Source: Alphaproteobacteria bacterium (GTDB lineage Bacteria; Pseudomonadota; Alphaproteobacteria; MPNO01). Taken from it: a DNA stretch of 64,000 nt. The translations under genes and the position numbers were made by a program. The notes under the pieces are model-generated. The model made no database searches. It was not told where the DNA came from and saw only the letters and a list, made by a program, of their open reading frames with translations. The stretch is taken from the NCBI GenBank assembly GCA_965248835.1, contig CBDFLJ010000002.1:192001-256000 (forward strand), given 5' to 3'. Below, piece by piece: positions 41,511-51,896 of the stretch (position 1 is the first letter of the stretch; the number at the start of each line of letters is the position of its first letter).

Positions 41511-42515
41511 TCAGGGCGCGGCTTCGTTCGACCAGATGGCGAACGCCATGCCGCAGCCGGTGCCGGCCGGCGAGCGGTAGCACGGCACGTAGTCGTGCCA
41601 GGCGAGCGCCAGCGCCTCGGCGGCACCGGCGGCGGCGATCCAGTTGCGGATCTCCGAGTTGCCGCCGTTGAGCCGGGCCAGCGGCAGCGAGCTCAACGTC
41701 TCGGCGTCCTTGTCCAGGCAGGCTTGCAGGACCGCCCGGTCCAAATCTTCATCGACGGTGAAGTGGCTGAGCCCGCCCGAGGCGACGATGCCGACGCGGG
41801 CCGGCTCCCACCAGGACTCGACCGCGTTGCGGATCGCCCGGCCCAGCGCGTAGCAGCGTCGCGGCCGCGGCTGGTTGGGCGGGTAGTAGGTGTTCAACAC
41901 CACCGGGATGATCGGCACCGTGGCGCCGTCCATCAGCCGGCGGTGGACGAAGCCGAAGGCATGGCCTTCGCCGCGTTCGCCGGCAAGCCTGGTGGCATCG
42001 CTGACGTCGAAATCGTGGTCCATGAGATATTCGACCAGGTGCAGCCCGAGCCCCGCGGCGACCGGATAGTCTCGGGCCGGGCCGGGCTCGTGGAACTGGG
42101 CGCGCGCCCGGCGCCAGAACGCCGGCGCGTCGTCGGGCAGCGACAGGGCCGCGTTGCGGATGGTCTCGCCGCGATACACCAGGATCGCCGGCATGTTGTC
42201 TTCGTGGTACTGCTCCTTCTGGTCGTCGCCGATGACGACCAGCGCATCGAGCCGTGCGTCGGCGATCGCCGCGGCCAGCCGGTCGAGCGCGGCGCGGCAT
42301 CGGTTCACCCGTTCGGCGATCACCGCGGTGCTGATCTGCCGGTCGATGTCCGGCGGCGCCTCGGCGAGCAGCGCCTCGTAGCTCCTGGGCTCGCCGGTGC
42401 GCGACAGCAGCCGCCGATTAAGCCGATCCCGCTCCGCGTAATCGGCATAGTCCTCGACCGTCAAGTTGAGCGCGGGGCTGTGTGAGGATCCAATCGCAAG
42501 GACGATTTCGGCCAT
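41511..42515 (-). CDS. Class III extradiol ring-cleavage dioxygenase (LigB/DesB-like)
   Basis: GSSHSP, IGDDQ, GHAF, NTYYPPNQP, SGGLSHF, SEIRNW. Confidence 0.85.
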   Translation of the reverse strand: MAEIVLAIGSSHSPALNLTVEDYADYAERDRLNRRLLSRTGEPRSYEALLAEAPPDIDRQISTAVIAERVNRCRAALDRLAAAIADARLDALVVIGDDQKEQYHEDNMPAILVYRGETIRNAALSLPDDAPAFWRRARAQFHEPGPARDYPVAAGLGLHLVEYLMDHDFDVSDATRLAGERGEGHAFGFVHRRLMDGATVPIIPVVLNTYYPPNQPRPRRCYALGRAIRNAVESWWEPARVGIVASGGLSHFTVDEDLDRAVLQACLDKDAETLSSLPLARLNGGNSEIRNWIAAAGAAEALALAWHDYVPCYRSPAGTGCGMAFAIWSNEAAP

Positions 42516-42658
42516 ACGCGTACACCCGATCGCCAGCCGGCAATGCCGCTAATGTGGAGCAGGGCGTGCCGATTGTCGAGACAGGCCCGGGTGAAGTCTC
42601 GCTAGCCCATGACTTGTCCGCCAGGTGCCATGCGAACGCATGGCCTCGATCTGGAGCG

Positions 42659-43708
42659 CTACTCCGCTGCCTGGGCGCTGGCGCGTTGGTCGTCTGCGGC
42701 CGCCATGCGCTCGATGATGCGCCTGGCCTGGAGGCCGCCGCCGTCGTGGTTGATGTCCACGCGCACCGCATCGGGCCTGGTGTTCACGTTGGCCTGCTGC
42801 AAGCCGATGATCTCGATGTCCTCGAGGAAGGCCGTGTGAACGTTCTGGTAGAGCAGATCGGTGATCCACGGCTCGTCGATGCGGAAGTCGTGCGCCTGGG
42901 ACCAGAAGTAATGGGTGGTCCGCTCGGTCTCCGGCGTGATGGCGTTGAGGTTTCGCATCGTGAAGCCCTGGCTGCGGTCGCCCTGCGGTGCGCCGGTGCC
43001 CGCGATCGCGCCGCCGACATCGAGCCGGACGAAAGCCGGTGGCGTGAACTCGATGATCTGCCAGCGGTCGATCCTCTGGTCCGGCGCGAAGCCGCCCGCC
43101 CTCTGGAAGAAGGGCGGCGGCGTGCTGTCGAGCACCCAGCGGGTCACACGGACCAGATCGCCCTCGCGCTCGGCCTTCATCGGGGTCTCGGCCACCGCAT
43201 CGGTGCCCAGCGTCGTCGGGTGGATGTAGCTCAGGTGCGACAGGTCGAGCAGGTTCTCGACCAGCAGGATGTAGTTGCCCTCCAGGTCCAGCTTCTCGCC
43301 GCGGGCGCGGTAGTCCGGATCGTCCATCCAGTGGAAGTCCTCGATCGCATCGGGGTCGGCCAGGGCGGGATCGCCCATCCAGATCCAGATCCAGTGGTAG
43401 CGCTCGACGGTCGGGAAGCCACGGACCCTGGCCTCGGGCGGGATGGTCTTCTGGCCCGGCACCCGGACGCATTGGCCGCTCGGGTCGTAGGTCAGGCCGT
43501 GATAGGGGCACTGGATGTTGTCGCCGACAAGCGTGCCCCTGGACAACGGGGCGTGACGGTGACAGCAGCGGTCCTCCATCGCGACGGGGGAGCCGTCCTC
43601 CCGGCGGTAGAAGACCACCGGGATGTCCAGAAGCGTCCTGCGCAAGAGGTTCTGGCGGCCCACCTCGTGATCCCAGGCGCCGACATACCATGCGTTTTCG
43701 ATGAACAC
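42659..43708 (-). CDS. Rieske oxygenase alpha subunit, VanA-like (O-/N-demethylase type), copy 2
   Basis: NAWYV, DRCCHR...CPYHG, ENLLDLSHLSYIH, TPET, F-ED; GTG start. Confidence 0.88.
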   Translation of the reverse strand: MFIENAWYVGAWDHEVGRQNLLRRTLLDIPVVFYRREDGSPVAMEDRCCHRHAPLSRGTLVGDNIQCPYHGLTYDPSGQCVRVPGQKTIPPEARVRGFPTVERYHWIWIWMGDPALADPDAIEDFHWMDDPDYRARGEKLDLEGNYILLVENLLDLSHLSYIHPTTLGTDAVAETPMKAEREGDLVRVTRWVLDSTPPPFFQRAGGFAPDQRIDRWQIIEFTPPAFVRLDVGGAIAGTGAPQGDRSQGFTMRNLNAITPETERTTHYFWSQAHDFRIDEPWITDLLYQNVHTAFLEDIEIIGLQQANVNTRPDAVRVDINHDGGGLQARRIIERMAAADDQRASAQAAE

Positions 43709-43781
43709 GCGAGCCTCCTATCCGGTGAAGGCGGGAACGGCGGCACCGCCGGTGCCGCCGCTTGCCCGTCGCACCTGAGCG

Positions 43782-44855
43782 CTACTCCGCGGCGACGGCG
43801 GTGGCGTGTACCGCCTGTTCGGCGGCGATCTTGCGATCGATCATCGCGCGCGCCGCGATTCCGCCGGCATCCTGGTTGGTTTCGATCGTCGGCCGGTCGT
43901 CCCAGTTCTCTTGTTGCAGGTCGAAGAGCTCCCAATCCTGATGGAAGGCCTGCCAGATCTGCTTGTACTGCAACTCGGTCAGCTCCGCATCGATCGGCTT
44001 GCCGGACACCTGATAGGCGTTCGACCAGAAGTAGTGGGAGGAGTCCTCGGTCTCCGGGGTGACGAAGTTGAGGTTGTGGAACCCGAAGCCGTTCGCCGGC
44101 ACGTCGCGCTCCATCTCGGTATGGCCGAACTCCTTGCCCTCCGCCGCGTCCGGCGCCGCACCGGTGAACAGCCGTACGGCACCGGGCATGCGGAACTCGA
44201 TGATCTGCCAGCGATCGACGATCGTATTCTCCGGCCAGCCGCACATCTTCTGATAGGTCGGCGGCGGGTTCTGGCCGACGGTCCAGCGCGCGACGGTGAC
44301 CGAGTCCTCGTCCTTCAGGGTCTTGAGCACTGCGTGCTCGGCGACCGCGGCGTTGCCGATGGTCGACTTGTGGACGAAGGCCAGGTGCGACAGGTCGAGC
44401 AAATTGTCGATGACCAGCTTGTAATTGCCGTTGACGTGGAAGTAGGTGCCCTTGTCGCCCCAATCCTCCGACGATTTCCAGGGGTAGGGAATGATCAGCG
44501 AGTCGTCCGCCTCTGCCGCGTCGCCCATCCAGATCCAGATCCAGTTGTAGCGCTCGACCACCGGATAGGTGCGGACTTCCGCGCCCGGCGGGATGGTGGT
44601 CTGGCCGGGGACGTGGACGCACTTGCCCGAAGCGTCGAATTGCAGCCCGTGATAGTGACAGCGCAGGTTGTTGCCCTCGACCGCGCCCTTCCGGAGCGGC
44701 ATGCGACGGTGGCAGCAGCGGTCCTCGAAGGCCACCGGCGCGCCGTCTTCGGTGCGCCAGAAGACGACGTTCTCGTTGCAGATCTTGCGGGCGAAAGGCT
44801 GGCGCCCGATCTCGTGCGGCTCGGCGGCCACGTACCAGGTGTTCTTGAGGAACAT
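43782..44855 (-). CDS. Rieske oxygenase alpha subunit, VanA-like, copy 1
   Basis: MFLKNTWYV, DRCCHR...CHYHG, DNLLDLSHLAFVH, TPET, F-QD. Confidence 0.88.
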   Translation of the reverse strand: MFLKNTWYVAAEPHEIGRQPFARKICNENVVFWRTEDGAPVAFEDRCCHRRMPLRKGAVEGNNLRCHYHGLQFDASGKCVHVPGQTTIPPGAEVRTYPVVERYNWIWIWMGDAAEADDSLIIPYPWKSSEDWGDKGTYFHVNGNYKLVIDNLLDLSHLAFVHKSTIGNAAVAEHAVLKTLKDEDSVTVARWTVGQNPPPTYQKMCGWPENTIVDRWQIIEFRMPGAVRLFTGAAPDAAEGKEFGHTEMERDVPANGFGFHNLNFVTPETEDSSHYFWSNAYQVSGKPIDAELTELQYKQIWQAFHQDWELFDLQQENWDDRPTIETNQDAGGIAARAMIDRKIAAEQAVHATAVAAE

Positions 44856-45025
44856 GATAGCTTCCCTCCGTTCGCGCGTGTTGCGGCAGGCCCGGATTAT
44901 TGAGTATCGGGCCGCGGAGTGTCAATCGCGGGCAAGCGCCGCCGCCGACCGGTGATTGCGGCGCGGTTGTGCGCCGTTATAGTCGGACCTGTCGCAGAGC
45001 CGATAACCCCCACATGGAGGCCGTC

Positions 45026-45418
45026 ATGCAGAACCGAGCCATGTACCCCGAGGCCATTCACCCGCCGCTCGGCGCGTATGCGCACGCCATCGAGGTCCCG
45101 GAGAACGCCAAGCTTACCTTCATCGCCGGCCAGGTCGGGATCGACAAGGACGGCAACGTGCCGGCCGACTTTGCCGCCCAGGCCGACCTCGCCTGGCAGA
45201 ACTGCATGGCGGTGCTGGCCTTCAACTCCATGCGGATGAAGGATGTGGTCAAGATCACCCATTTCATCACCGATCCGGCGAACCTGCCGGTCTATAACGA
45301 GGTCCGCGGCAAGTATCTCGGCGAGGAGCGCCCGGCCTCGACGCTGTTGATCGTCGCCGGCCTCGCCCGGCCCGACCTGCTCATCGAGGTCGAGATGGTC
45401 GCCGCCATCCAGCGTTAG
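45026..45418 (+). CDS. RidA family protein
   Basis: P-GAYAH, FIAGQVG, DVVK, R, PASTL, LIEVEMVA; GGAGG RBS. Confidence 0.88.
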   Translation: MQNRAMYPEAIHPPLGAYAHAIEVPENAKLTFIAGQVGIDKDGNVPADFAAQADLAWQNCMAVLAFNSMRMKDVVKITHFITDPANLPVYNEVRGKYLGEERPASTLLIVAGLARPDLLIEVEMVAAIQR

Positions 45419-45662
45419 CGCCTGTCCCGAACAAGCGCCACCCCGCCGGCGGCGCCGGGTTCCGGTTCCATGCCTTGCGCGACCGCTCGAGGGGGATGCG
45501 GGCCACGCCTGGAGCGCGCGGTCCACCGGCTGTGAGACAACCGGGAGGAGCGCGGTCGTTGCGGATGCCCCGGGGGTCTGCAGACGCGGTTCTCGCACGG
45601 TGCCGACGCCGGCGCCTGGAGCCCGCGCATGCGATTCACGAATTGAGCCAGTTGAGCCAGGG

Positions 45663-47138
45663 CTACAGCGCCGCCTCGATCGTGTCGCAGATCGTTTTCA
45701 GCACTTCGACGCGGCCGGCATACTTGTCCTCCGCAGACACCAGGTGCCAGGGCGCGATGCCGGTGCCGGTGCGCTCGACCATATCGCAGACGGCCTCTTC
45801 GTAGGAATCCCACTTCGTTCGGTTGCGCCAGTCCTCTTCGGTGAGCTTGTAACGCTTGTGGCCGGTCTCCGCTCGTTCCCTCAGGCGGCGGTACTGCTCC
45901 TCCTGGCTGATGTGAAGCCAGAATTTGCCCACGATGATTCCATGGCGGTTCATCTCGAACTCGAAATCGTTGATCTCGCCGTATGAGCGCATCCAGTCGG
46001 CCTGTGCCGCGAAGCCCTCGACCCGCTCCACCAGCACCCGCCCGTACCAGGAGCGATCGAAGATCGCGAAGTGACCGGTGCGCGGCATATGGCGCCAGAA
46101 CCGCCACAGATAGGGATGCGCCCTTTCCTCGTCGCTGGGCGCGGCGACCGGAATGATGCGGTAGAACCTGGCGTCGAGCGCGGTGACCACACGTCGGATC
46201 GTGCTGCCCTTGCCCGCAGCATCGAGGCCCTCGAACACCAGGACGACCGAACGCCCGGTCATCTTCTTGTGCCGGGACAGCAGATTGAGCCGGCCTTGAA
46301 GCGTCTCGATCTCCCGGCGGTACCTATTGCGCGGCAATTTCCCGGTCAGATCGAGCGCGCGAAGAACGTTGCGGTCGTCGAGCTTGGGCAGCTTGGGGAG
46401 AATCACGTCGGGCGGTTTCGGCGGCCTGTTGTCCAGCCGCGCCCGCAACGACTCCAGCAGGGACATCGCCGTCGTGGTCAGACGGTACCTGGCGTCGGAT
46501 CCCTCGACCACGATCCAGGGCGCATGCGGGACACTGGTGCGCCGCAACGCGACTTCCGAAACGGCGCGAAAAGTGTCGTAGAGCTTGAACCGCTCCCAGT
46601 CGGTATCCGCCACCCGCCAGCGGGTCTGGGCGTCCTTTTCGAGCGCCTTGAGGCGTTCGCGCTGCCGCCGCTTGGACAGATGCAGCCAGTATTTGAGGAC
46701 CAGCGTACCCTCCGCGGCCAGCATCGCCTCGAAGCGGAGGATTTCATCGATGCTGGCTTGCAGATCGGCATCATCGGAGCTGCCCAAGACACGATTGACG
46801 ATCGGCGCGGTGTACCAGGTTCCGAAAAATATGCCGATCTTGCCCTTGGGCGGCAAAGCCCGCCAGAAGCGCCACATGCGCGGCCGTTCGCGCTCCTCCT
46901 CCGTGGGCTCCCCCATGCCATTGGCCTCGATCTGCCGGGGATCCATCCAGAAGTTGAGGGTGTTGACCGTCTCACCCTTGCCGGCTGCATCCACGCCGCT
47001 GATCAGGACAACGACGGAAAAGTCCCGCCGTTCGGCGAGCTCCGATTGCGCCTCGAGCAGAGCCTCGCGGAGTTCCGGTTCCACCTCCCTGAACGTCGCC
47101 TTATCGAGCTTGTGGCCGAGTTCGGCGGATTCAAACAC
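45663..47138 (-). CDS. pap: Polyphosphate:AMP phosphotransferase (two-domain PPK2 class II)
   Basis: FESAELGH start; two PPK2 domains GVDAAGKG and EGLDAAGKG; WRFWR twice; DRSWYGRVLVERVEG. Confidence 0.88.
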   Translation of the reverse strand: MFESAELGHKLDKATFREVEPELREALLEAQSELAERRDFSVVVLISGVDAAGKGETVNTLNFWMDPRQIEANGMGEPTEEERERPRMWRFWRALPPKGKIGIFFGTWYTAPIVNRVLGSSDDADLQASIDEILRFEAMLAAEGTLVLKYWLHLSKRRQRERLKALEKDAQTRWRVADTDWERFKLYDTFRAVSEVALRRTSVPHAPWIVVEGSDARYRLTTTAMSLLESLRARLDNRPPKPPDVILPKLPKLDDRNVLRALDLTGKLPRNRYRREIETLQGRLNLLSRHKKMTGRSVVLVFEGLDAAGKGSTIRRVVTALDARFYRIIPVAAPSDEERAHPYLWRFWRHMPRTGHFAIFDRSWYGRVLVERVEGFAAQADWMRSYGEINDFEFEMNRHGIIVGKFWLHISQEEQYRRLRERAETGHKRYKLTEEDWRNRTKWDSYEEAVCDMVERTGTGIAPWHLVSAEDKYAGRVEVLKTICDTIEAAL

Positions 47139-47287
47139 CGCGCGCCTCCGGGTTCGGGAATTGACCGCACCTGCAACGGCCATGTTGTCGTGGTCTGCGG
47201 TCCATCTCAAGGGTCGGGGGGTCATCATGACGGGAGCACCGGCGGTCCGCGATCGGCGTCGCCGGTCCGGCCTGCGCGCACCGGGCG

Positions 47288-49498
47288 CTACAGAAAACTG
47301 TACGGGTCGATGTCGACGTGGATTCGCACCCCGCCGTGCACCGGCACACGGGCCAGCCAGTCCGACAGGATCGGCTGCAGCTTGATCTCAAGCGGCGCCT
47401 TGACCAGCAGCCGGTGACGGTGCCGCCCGCGGATCAACGCCAGCGGCGCCGGCGCGGGCCCGAGGACGGCAAGGCCCGCGCTGCGCGGCGCGGCCCGGGC
47501 GAGCGCCCGACCGATGGCGGTGACCGCGTCCTCCTTGCGCCCGGCCACCACGATTCCGGCCAGCCGGCCGAACGGCGGCATGCCGGCGCGCTTGCGGGCC
47601 TCGGCCTCGGCCGAGATGAATCCGTCGCGGTCGCCGGCGATGAGTGCGCACATCACCGGGTGATCGGGCGCGTAGGTCTGGATCAGCGCCCGGCCCGGCC
47701 GCTCGGCGCGGCCGGCGCGGCCGGCAACCTGATGGAGCACCTGGTAGGTGCGCTCTGCCGCCCGCAGATCGCCGCCGTCGAGCCCGAGGTCGGCATCGAC
47801 CACCCCGACCAGCGTCAGATGGGGAAAATTGTGACCCTTGGCGACGAGCTGGGTGCCGATGACCAGATCGAAGGCGCGGGCGCGGATGCGGGCGATAAGC
47901 TCCTCTGCCGCGGCCGGCCCGCGCAGCGAATCCGAAGACATCAGCGCGATCCGCGCCCCGGGAAAGGCCGCCTCCGCCTCCTCGGACAGCCGCTCGACGC
48001 CGGGGCCGCAGGCCACGAAGCCATCCTCGGTCCCGCATTTGGGGCAGGTGGAGGCCGGCGGCGCGGTATACCCGCAATGGTGGCATTGCAGCCGTCCCGC
48101 GAGGCGGTGATCGACCAGCCAGGCGGTGCAGTTGGGACACGCCAACCGGTAGCCGCAGCCGCGGCACAGGGTGAGCGGGGCGTAGCCGCGGCGGTTGAGA
48201 TACAAAAGCACCTGCTCACCGGCGCCGAGCGTTGCGCGGGCGGCATCACGCAGGCTGGGCGACAGCCAGGACTGCGGCGCCATCGCCTCGGTGCGCATGT
48301 CGATCGCGGCCAGGCTCGGCACGCCGGCGCTGCCGAACCGATCGGGCAGGTGAACGCGCTGATACCGGCCGCGCGCGACATTGACCGTGGTTTCCAGCGA
48401 CGGCGTCGCCGATGACAGCACGATCGGGCAATCGGCGTTGCGGGCGCGCACGATGGCGATATCCCGCGCGTTGTAGATGACCCCGTCGTCTTGCTTGAAG
48501 CTCGAATCGTGCTCTTCGTCGACCAGGATCAGCCCCAGGCTGCGGAACGGCAGGAACAGCGCCGATCGCGCGCCGACGACGACCTGCGCCTTGCCGGCGG
48601 CAACGGCGCGCCATGTCTCGCGCCGTTGGGACCGGCCGACTTCGGAATGCCAGTGGCAAGGAGGCGCGCCGAAGCGGCGTTCGAACCGGCGCAGCCAGTC
48701 GACGGTCAGCGCAATCTCGGGAAGCAGCACCAGCACCTGGCACCGCCGTGCGAGCGCAGCGGCAATCGCCTCGAAATAGACCTCGGTCTTGCCCGATCCG
48801 GTGACCCCGTCCAGCAGCGTGACCGTTCGCCCCCCGCCGGCCGCGATCTGGGCTCGAAGACTCTCGGCCGCGGCGGCTTGCGGGCCGGTCAGGCAGGGTC
48901 CGGCGCGCCGCCAGTCCGGAACCGGCGGATCCTCTTCGAACGACAGCGAGACCGACCGGAGGACGCCGGCTTCGACCAGGCCGTGCACCACCGAGGCGCT
49001 CACGCCGGCCTCGCGGGCGATGTCGGCCATGCGGCGGGGCCTGCCGTCGGCCAGGATCTCCACCAGCCGCCGCCGGGCATCGGTCGTGCGCACCCCTTCG
49101 GGGATGGCGCGGGCCGAGGCAACGAAGGCGGTCTCGAGCTTCGGCGGGTCCAGCGCCTCGGGCACGCTCATCGCCATGCGCAGGACCGCGCCGGGCGCGC
49201 TCAGCGTGTAGGCGGCGGTCCAGGCGATGGTCCTGCGCAGATCCTCGCTCAACGGCGGGACGTCGAGCACCGCCTCGATCTCGCGCAGCCTGGCCGGGTC
49301 GACCGTGCCTTCGGCCTCGCCCCAGACGACGCCGGTGACCACTCGCTTTCCCAGCGGGACCCGGACGAACTGTCCGGGAGGCGCCGCGATCCCCTCGGGC
49401 ACGGCATAGTCGTAAGCGCCGGCCACCGGCAGCGGCACCAGGACGGCGGCGCGATCGGGCCCGATTCGCGCCTCTGTCCTGACAAGTTCGGGGTTCAT
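47288..49498 (-). CDS. priA: Primosomal protein N'
   Basis: [21 protein letters not shown], four CxxC zinc pairs, [16 protein letters not shown]. Confidence 0.95.
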   Translation of the reverse strand: MNPELVRTEARIGPDRAAVLVPLPVAGAYDYAVPEGIAAPPGQFVRVPLGKRVVTGVVWGEAEGTVDPARLREIEAVLDVPPLSEDLRRTIAWTAAYTLSAPGAVLRMAMSVPEALDPPKLETAFVASARAIPEGVRTTDARRRLVEILADGRPRRMADIAREAGVSASVVHGLVEAGVLRSVSLSFEEDPPVPDWRRAGPCLTGPQAAAAESLRAQIAAGGGRTVTLLDGVTGSGKTEVYFEAIAAALARRCQVLVLLPEIALTVDWLRRFERRFGAPPCHWHSEVGRSQRRETWRAVAAGKAQVVVGARSALFLPFRSLGLILVDEEHDSSFKQDDGVIYNARDIAIVRARNADCPIVLSSATPSLETTVNVARGRYQRVHLPDRFGSAGVPSLAAIDMRTEAMAPQSWLSPSLRDAARATLGAGEQVLLYLNRRGYAPLTLCRGCGYRLACPNCTAWLVDHRLAGRLQCHHCGYTAPPASTCPKCGTEDGFVACGPGVERLSEEAEAAFPGARIALMSSDSLRGPAAAEELIARIRARAFDLVIGTQLVAKGHNFPHLTLVGVVDADLGLDGGDLRAAERTYQVLHQVAGRAGRAERPGRALIQTYAPDHPVMCALIAGDRDGFISAEAEARKRAGMPPFGRLAGIVVAGRKEDAVTAIGRALARAAPRSAGLAVLGPAPAPLALIRGRHRHRLLVKAPLEIKLQPILSDWLARVPVHGGVRIHVDIDPYSFL

Positions 49499-49586
49499 GA
49501 ACTACACTCTAGGATATCGGCTGGCGACGACCAACCGAGCGCTTTTCGGGCGAATCCTCCCAAGGCCGCGAAAACGGGGACACGGC

Positions 49587-50249
49587 ATGAAGTTCTTCGT
49601 CGACACCGCCGACGTGGACGAGATCCGCGATATCGCCGAGACCGGGCTGCTCGACGGGGTGACGACCAACCCCTCTCTGGTGGCCAAGACCGGCCGGCGG
49701 TTCCTCGAGGTGATCCGCGAGATATGCGAACTGGTCGACGGCCCGGTGAGCGCCGAGGTCGCCGCCACCGACCATGCGAGCATGCTGTCGGAGGGCCGCA
49801 AGCTTGCCCAGCTCGCGGGCAACGTCGCCGTCAAGGTGCCGCTGACCCCGGACGGGCTCAAGACCTGCAAGGCCCTCGCCGAGGACGGGGTGATGGTCAA
49901 CGTCACGCTGTGCTTCTCGGCCAGCCAGGCGATCCTGGCCGCCAAGGCCGGCGCGGCCTTCATCTCCCCCTTCATCGGCCGGCTCGACGACATCAGCCGC
50001 GACGGCATGGCGCTGATCGCTGATATCCGCCAGATCTACGACAACTACCCCGATTTCGGCACCGAGATCCTGGTCGCCTCGATCCGCAGCCCGAACCATG
50101 TCGCCGAGGCCGCCAAGATCGGCGCCGACATCGCGACCATCCCGCCCGCGGTGGTCCGCCAGCTCTTCAACCATCCGCTGACCGACAGCGGACTGGAGGC
50201 CTTCCTGAAGGACTGGGAAAAAACCGGGCAGTCGATCCTCGATGGCTGA
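49587..50249 (+). CDS. Transaldolase (short FSA/TalC-type family)
   Basis: [37 protein letters not shown] (Glu/Phe pattern of transaldolases). Confidence 0.9.
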   Translation: MKFFVDTADVDEIRDIAETGLLDGVTTNPSLVAKTGRRFLEVIREICELVDGPVSAEVAATDHASMLSEGRKLAQLAGNVAVKVPLTPDGLKTCKALAEDGVMVNVTLCFSASQAILAAKAGAAFISPFIGRLDDISRDGMALIADIRQIYDNYPDFGTEILVASIRSPNHVAEAAKIGADIATIPPAVVRQLFNHPLTDSGLEAFLKDWEKTGQSILDG

Positions 50250-50889
50250 CGCGTTGGACGGCCACCGGACCGAGCCGGACGAAGAGCCCAGCGCGGATGC
50301 GGTCAGGGCCTATATCGAGCGGAACCCCGGGTTCCTGGCCACGCTGTTCGCGCCGCATCCCGCCGAGCAGGACGGCGTGGTCGACCTGCAGCGCCATATC
50401 GTCGATGGGCTGCGCCGCTCGCTGGAACAAGGCGATGCCCGCGCCCGCCAGATCCTCGCCGCGGCCGAGGCGCGCGCCCAGGCGGTCGAGCGCATCCACG
50501 GGGCCTGCCGCGCCGCGATCGATGCGGTCTCGCTGGACGACGTGATCTACCGGGTCGGCCGGGACTTCCCCGACACGCTCGACATCGAATCCGCGGCGCT
50601 GATTACCCAGGACCGTATCGCGCCGGCCCGGTTCAAGGCCCTGTGCCGTCGTGTCGGTCAGATCCGGCTGGGACCGGTGCGCGAGGCCGAACGCGCCGCG
50701 CTTGGCCCGCGCGCAAAGTCGGTGGCGACGATCAGTCTGAGGCTGCCGGAGGATGTGCCGCGTGCGGTCCTGCTCCTGGGATCGGCGGCCCCGGACGGCT
50801 TCGCGGCCGGGCACGGCACCGAGCTGCTTGAATTTTTGGGCGAGATCCTCGCGTTTTGCATCCGGCAATGGTCGCAACCCCCGGCCTAG
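50242..50889 (+). CDS. DUF484 family protein
   Basis: [19 protein letters not shown]-terminal [11 protein letters not shown]; conserved position before xerC. Confidence 0.8.
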   Translation: MADALDGHRTEPDEEPSADAVRAYIERNPGFLATLFAPHPAEQDGVVDLQRHIVDGLRRSLEQGDARARQILAAAEARAQAVERIHGACRAAIDAVSLDDVIYRVGRDFPDTLDIESAALITQDRIAPARFKALCRRVGQIRLGPVREAERAALGPRAKSVATISLRLPEDVPRAVLLLGSAAPDGFAAGHGTELLEFLGEILAFCIRQWSQPPA

Positions 50890-51812
50890 AGACCTTCGCC
50901 GCCAAGCCGGACCTGGCGGAGGCCATCCAGGCCTGGCGCGCTTGGCTCGAATCCGAGCGCCGCGTCTCGCCCCATACGGCCGCGGCGTATCTGCGCGATC
51001 TGAAACTCTTTCTCGACTTCCTGTGCGACCACCTCGGCGGCCTGGCCGGGCTTGCCAGCCTCGAAGGGCTGAGCCACGCCGATTTCCGGGCCTATCTCGC
51101 GCGCCGGGCGATGGCCGGCAGCGCCCGGACATCGACCGCGCGGGCACTGTCGGTCCTGCGCAGCTTCTTCCGGTTCCTGGAGCGCACCGGGCGGGCCGGC
51201 AACCAAGCGATCGGCGCGGTGCGGACTCCGCGCCTGCCCCAGTCGGTGCCCAAGCCGTTGGCCGAGGACGAGGCGATCGCGGTGATCGACAGCGCCGTGA
51301 CGGGCCACCCGACGCCCTGGATCGCCCGGCGCGATCACGCGCTGCTGATGCTGCTCTACGGCTGCGGCCTCAGGATCGACGAGGCGCTCCGCCTCGACCT
51401 CGCCGACGCGCCGAAGGGCCAGAGCCTGCGGGTCCACGGCAAGGGCGGCAAGGAGCGCCTCGCCCCGGTCCTGCCGATCGTCGCCGAGGCGATCGAAGCT
51501 TATGTCCGGGCCTGCCCGCTGCTGGTTCCCGGCGGCCCGCTGTTCGTGGGCGCGCGCGGCGGCCGGCTCAACCCCGGGGTCTTCCAGCGCCAGATGCGAA
51601 CCTTGCGCGCCCAGCTCGGCCTGCCCGAGACCGCGACCCCGCACGCGCTGCGGCACAGCTTCGCGACCCATCTGCTGCAAGCCGGCGGCGACCTGCGGAC
51701 GATCCAGGAGCTTCTCGGGCACGCCTCGCTGTCGACCACCCAGCGCTACACCGATGTCGACATCGCCACCCTGGTCAGGGTCTACGACAAGGCCCACCCA
51801 AGGGCACGCTGA
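50868..51812 (+). CDS. xerC: Tyrosine recombinase XerC
   Basis: LLYGCGLRIDE, GKGGKER, TPHALRHSFATHLL, QELLGHASLSTTQRY, AHPRA. Confidence 0.9.
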   Translation: MVATPGLETFAAKPDLAEAIQAWRAWLESERRVSPHTAAAYLRDLKLFLDFLCDHLGGLAGLASLEGLSHADFRAYLARRAMAGSARTSTARALSVLRSFFRFLERTGRAGNQAIGAVRTPRLPQSVPKPLAEDEAIAVIDSAVTGHPTPWIARRDHALLMLLYGCGLRIDEALRLDLADAPKGQSLRVHGKGGKERLAPVLPIVAEAIEAYVRACPLLVPGGPLFVGARGGRLNPGVFQRQMRTLRAQLGLPETATPHALRHSFATHLLQAGGDLRTIQELLGHASLSTTQRYTDVDIATLVRVYDKAHPRAR

Positions 51813-51896
51813 GCGGCCTATTCCGTGTCGTCGGGACGTCCGGCTGCGGCATAGCTCAGACAGGCCGCCAACATCCGCCCGTCGGTCGGCTTGAAC

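Noticed and set aside
45643-45660. 9-bp tandem repeat TTGAGCCAG x2 after pap
   Set aside because: Too short to distinguish from chance or simple slippage
45663-47138. Two-domain PPK2 as an unusual duplication
   Set aside because: This is the normal architecture of class II polyphosphate:AMP phosphotransferases
50868-51812. Phage or island integrase
   Set aside because: Sequence and DUF484/tal/priA context match chromosomal XerC; no phage genes or att sites seen
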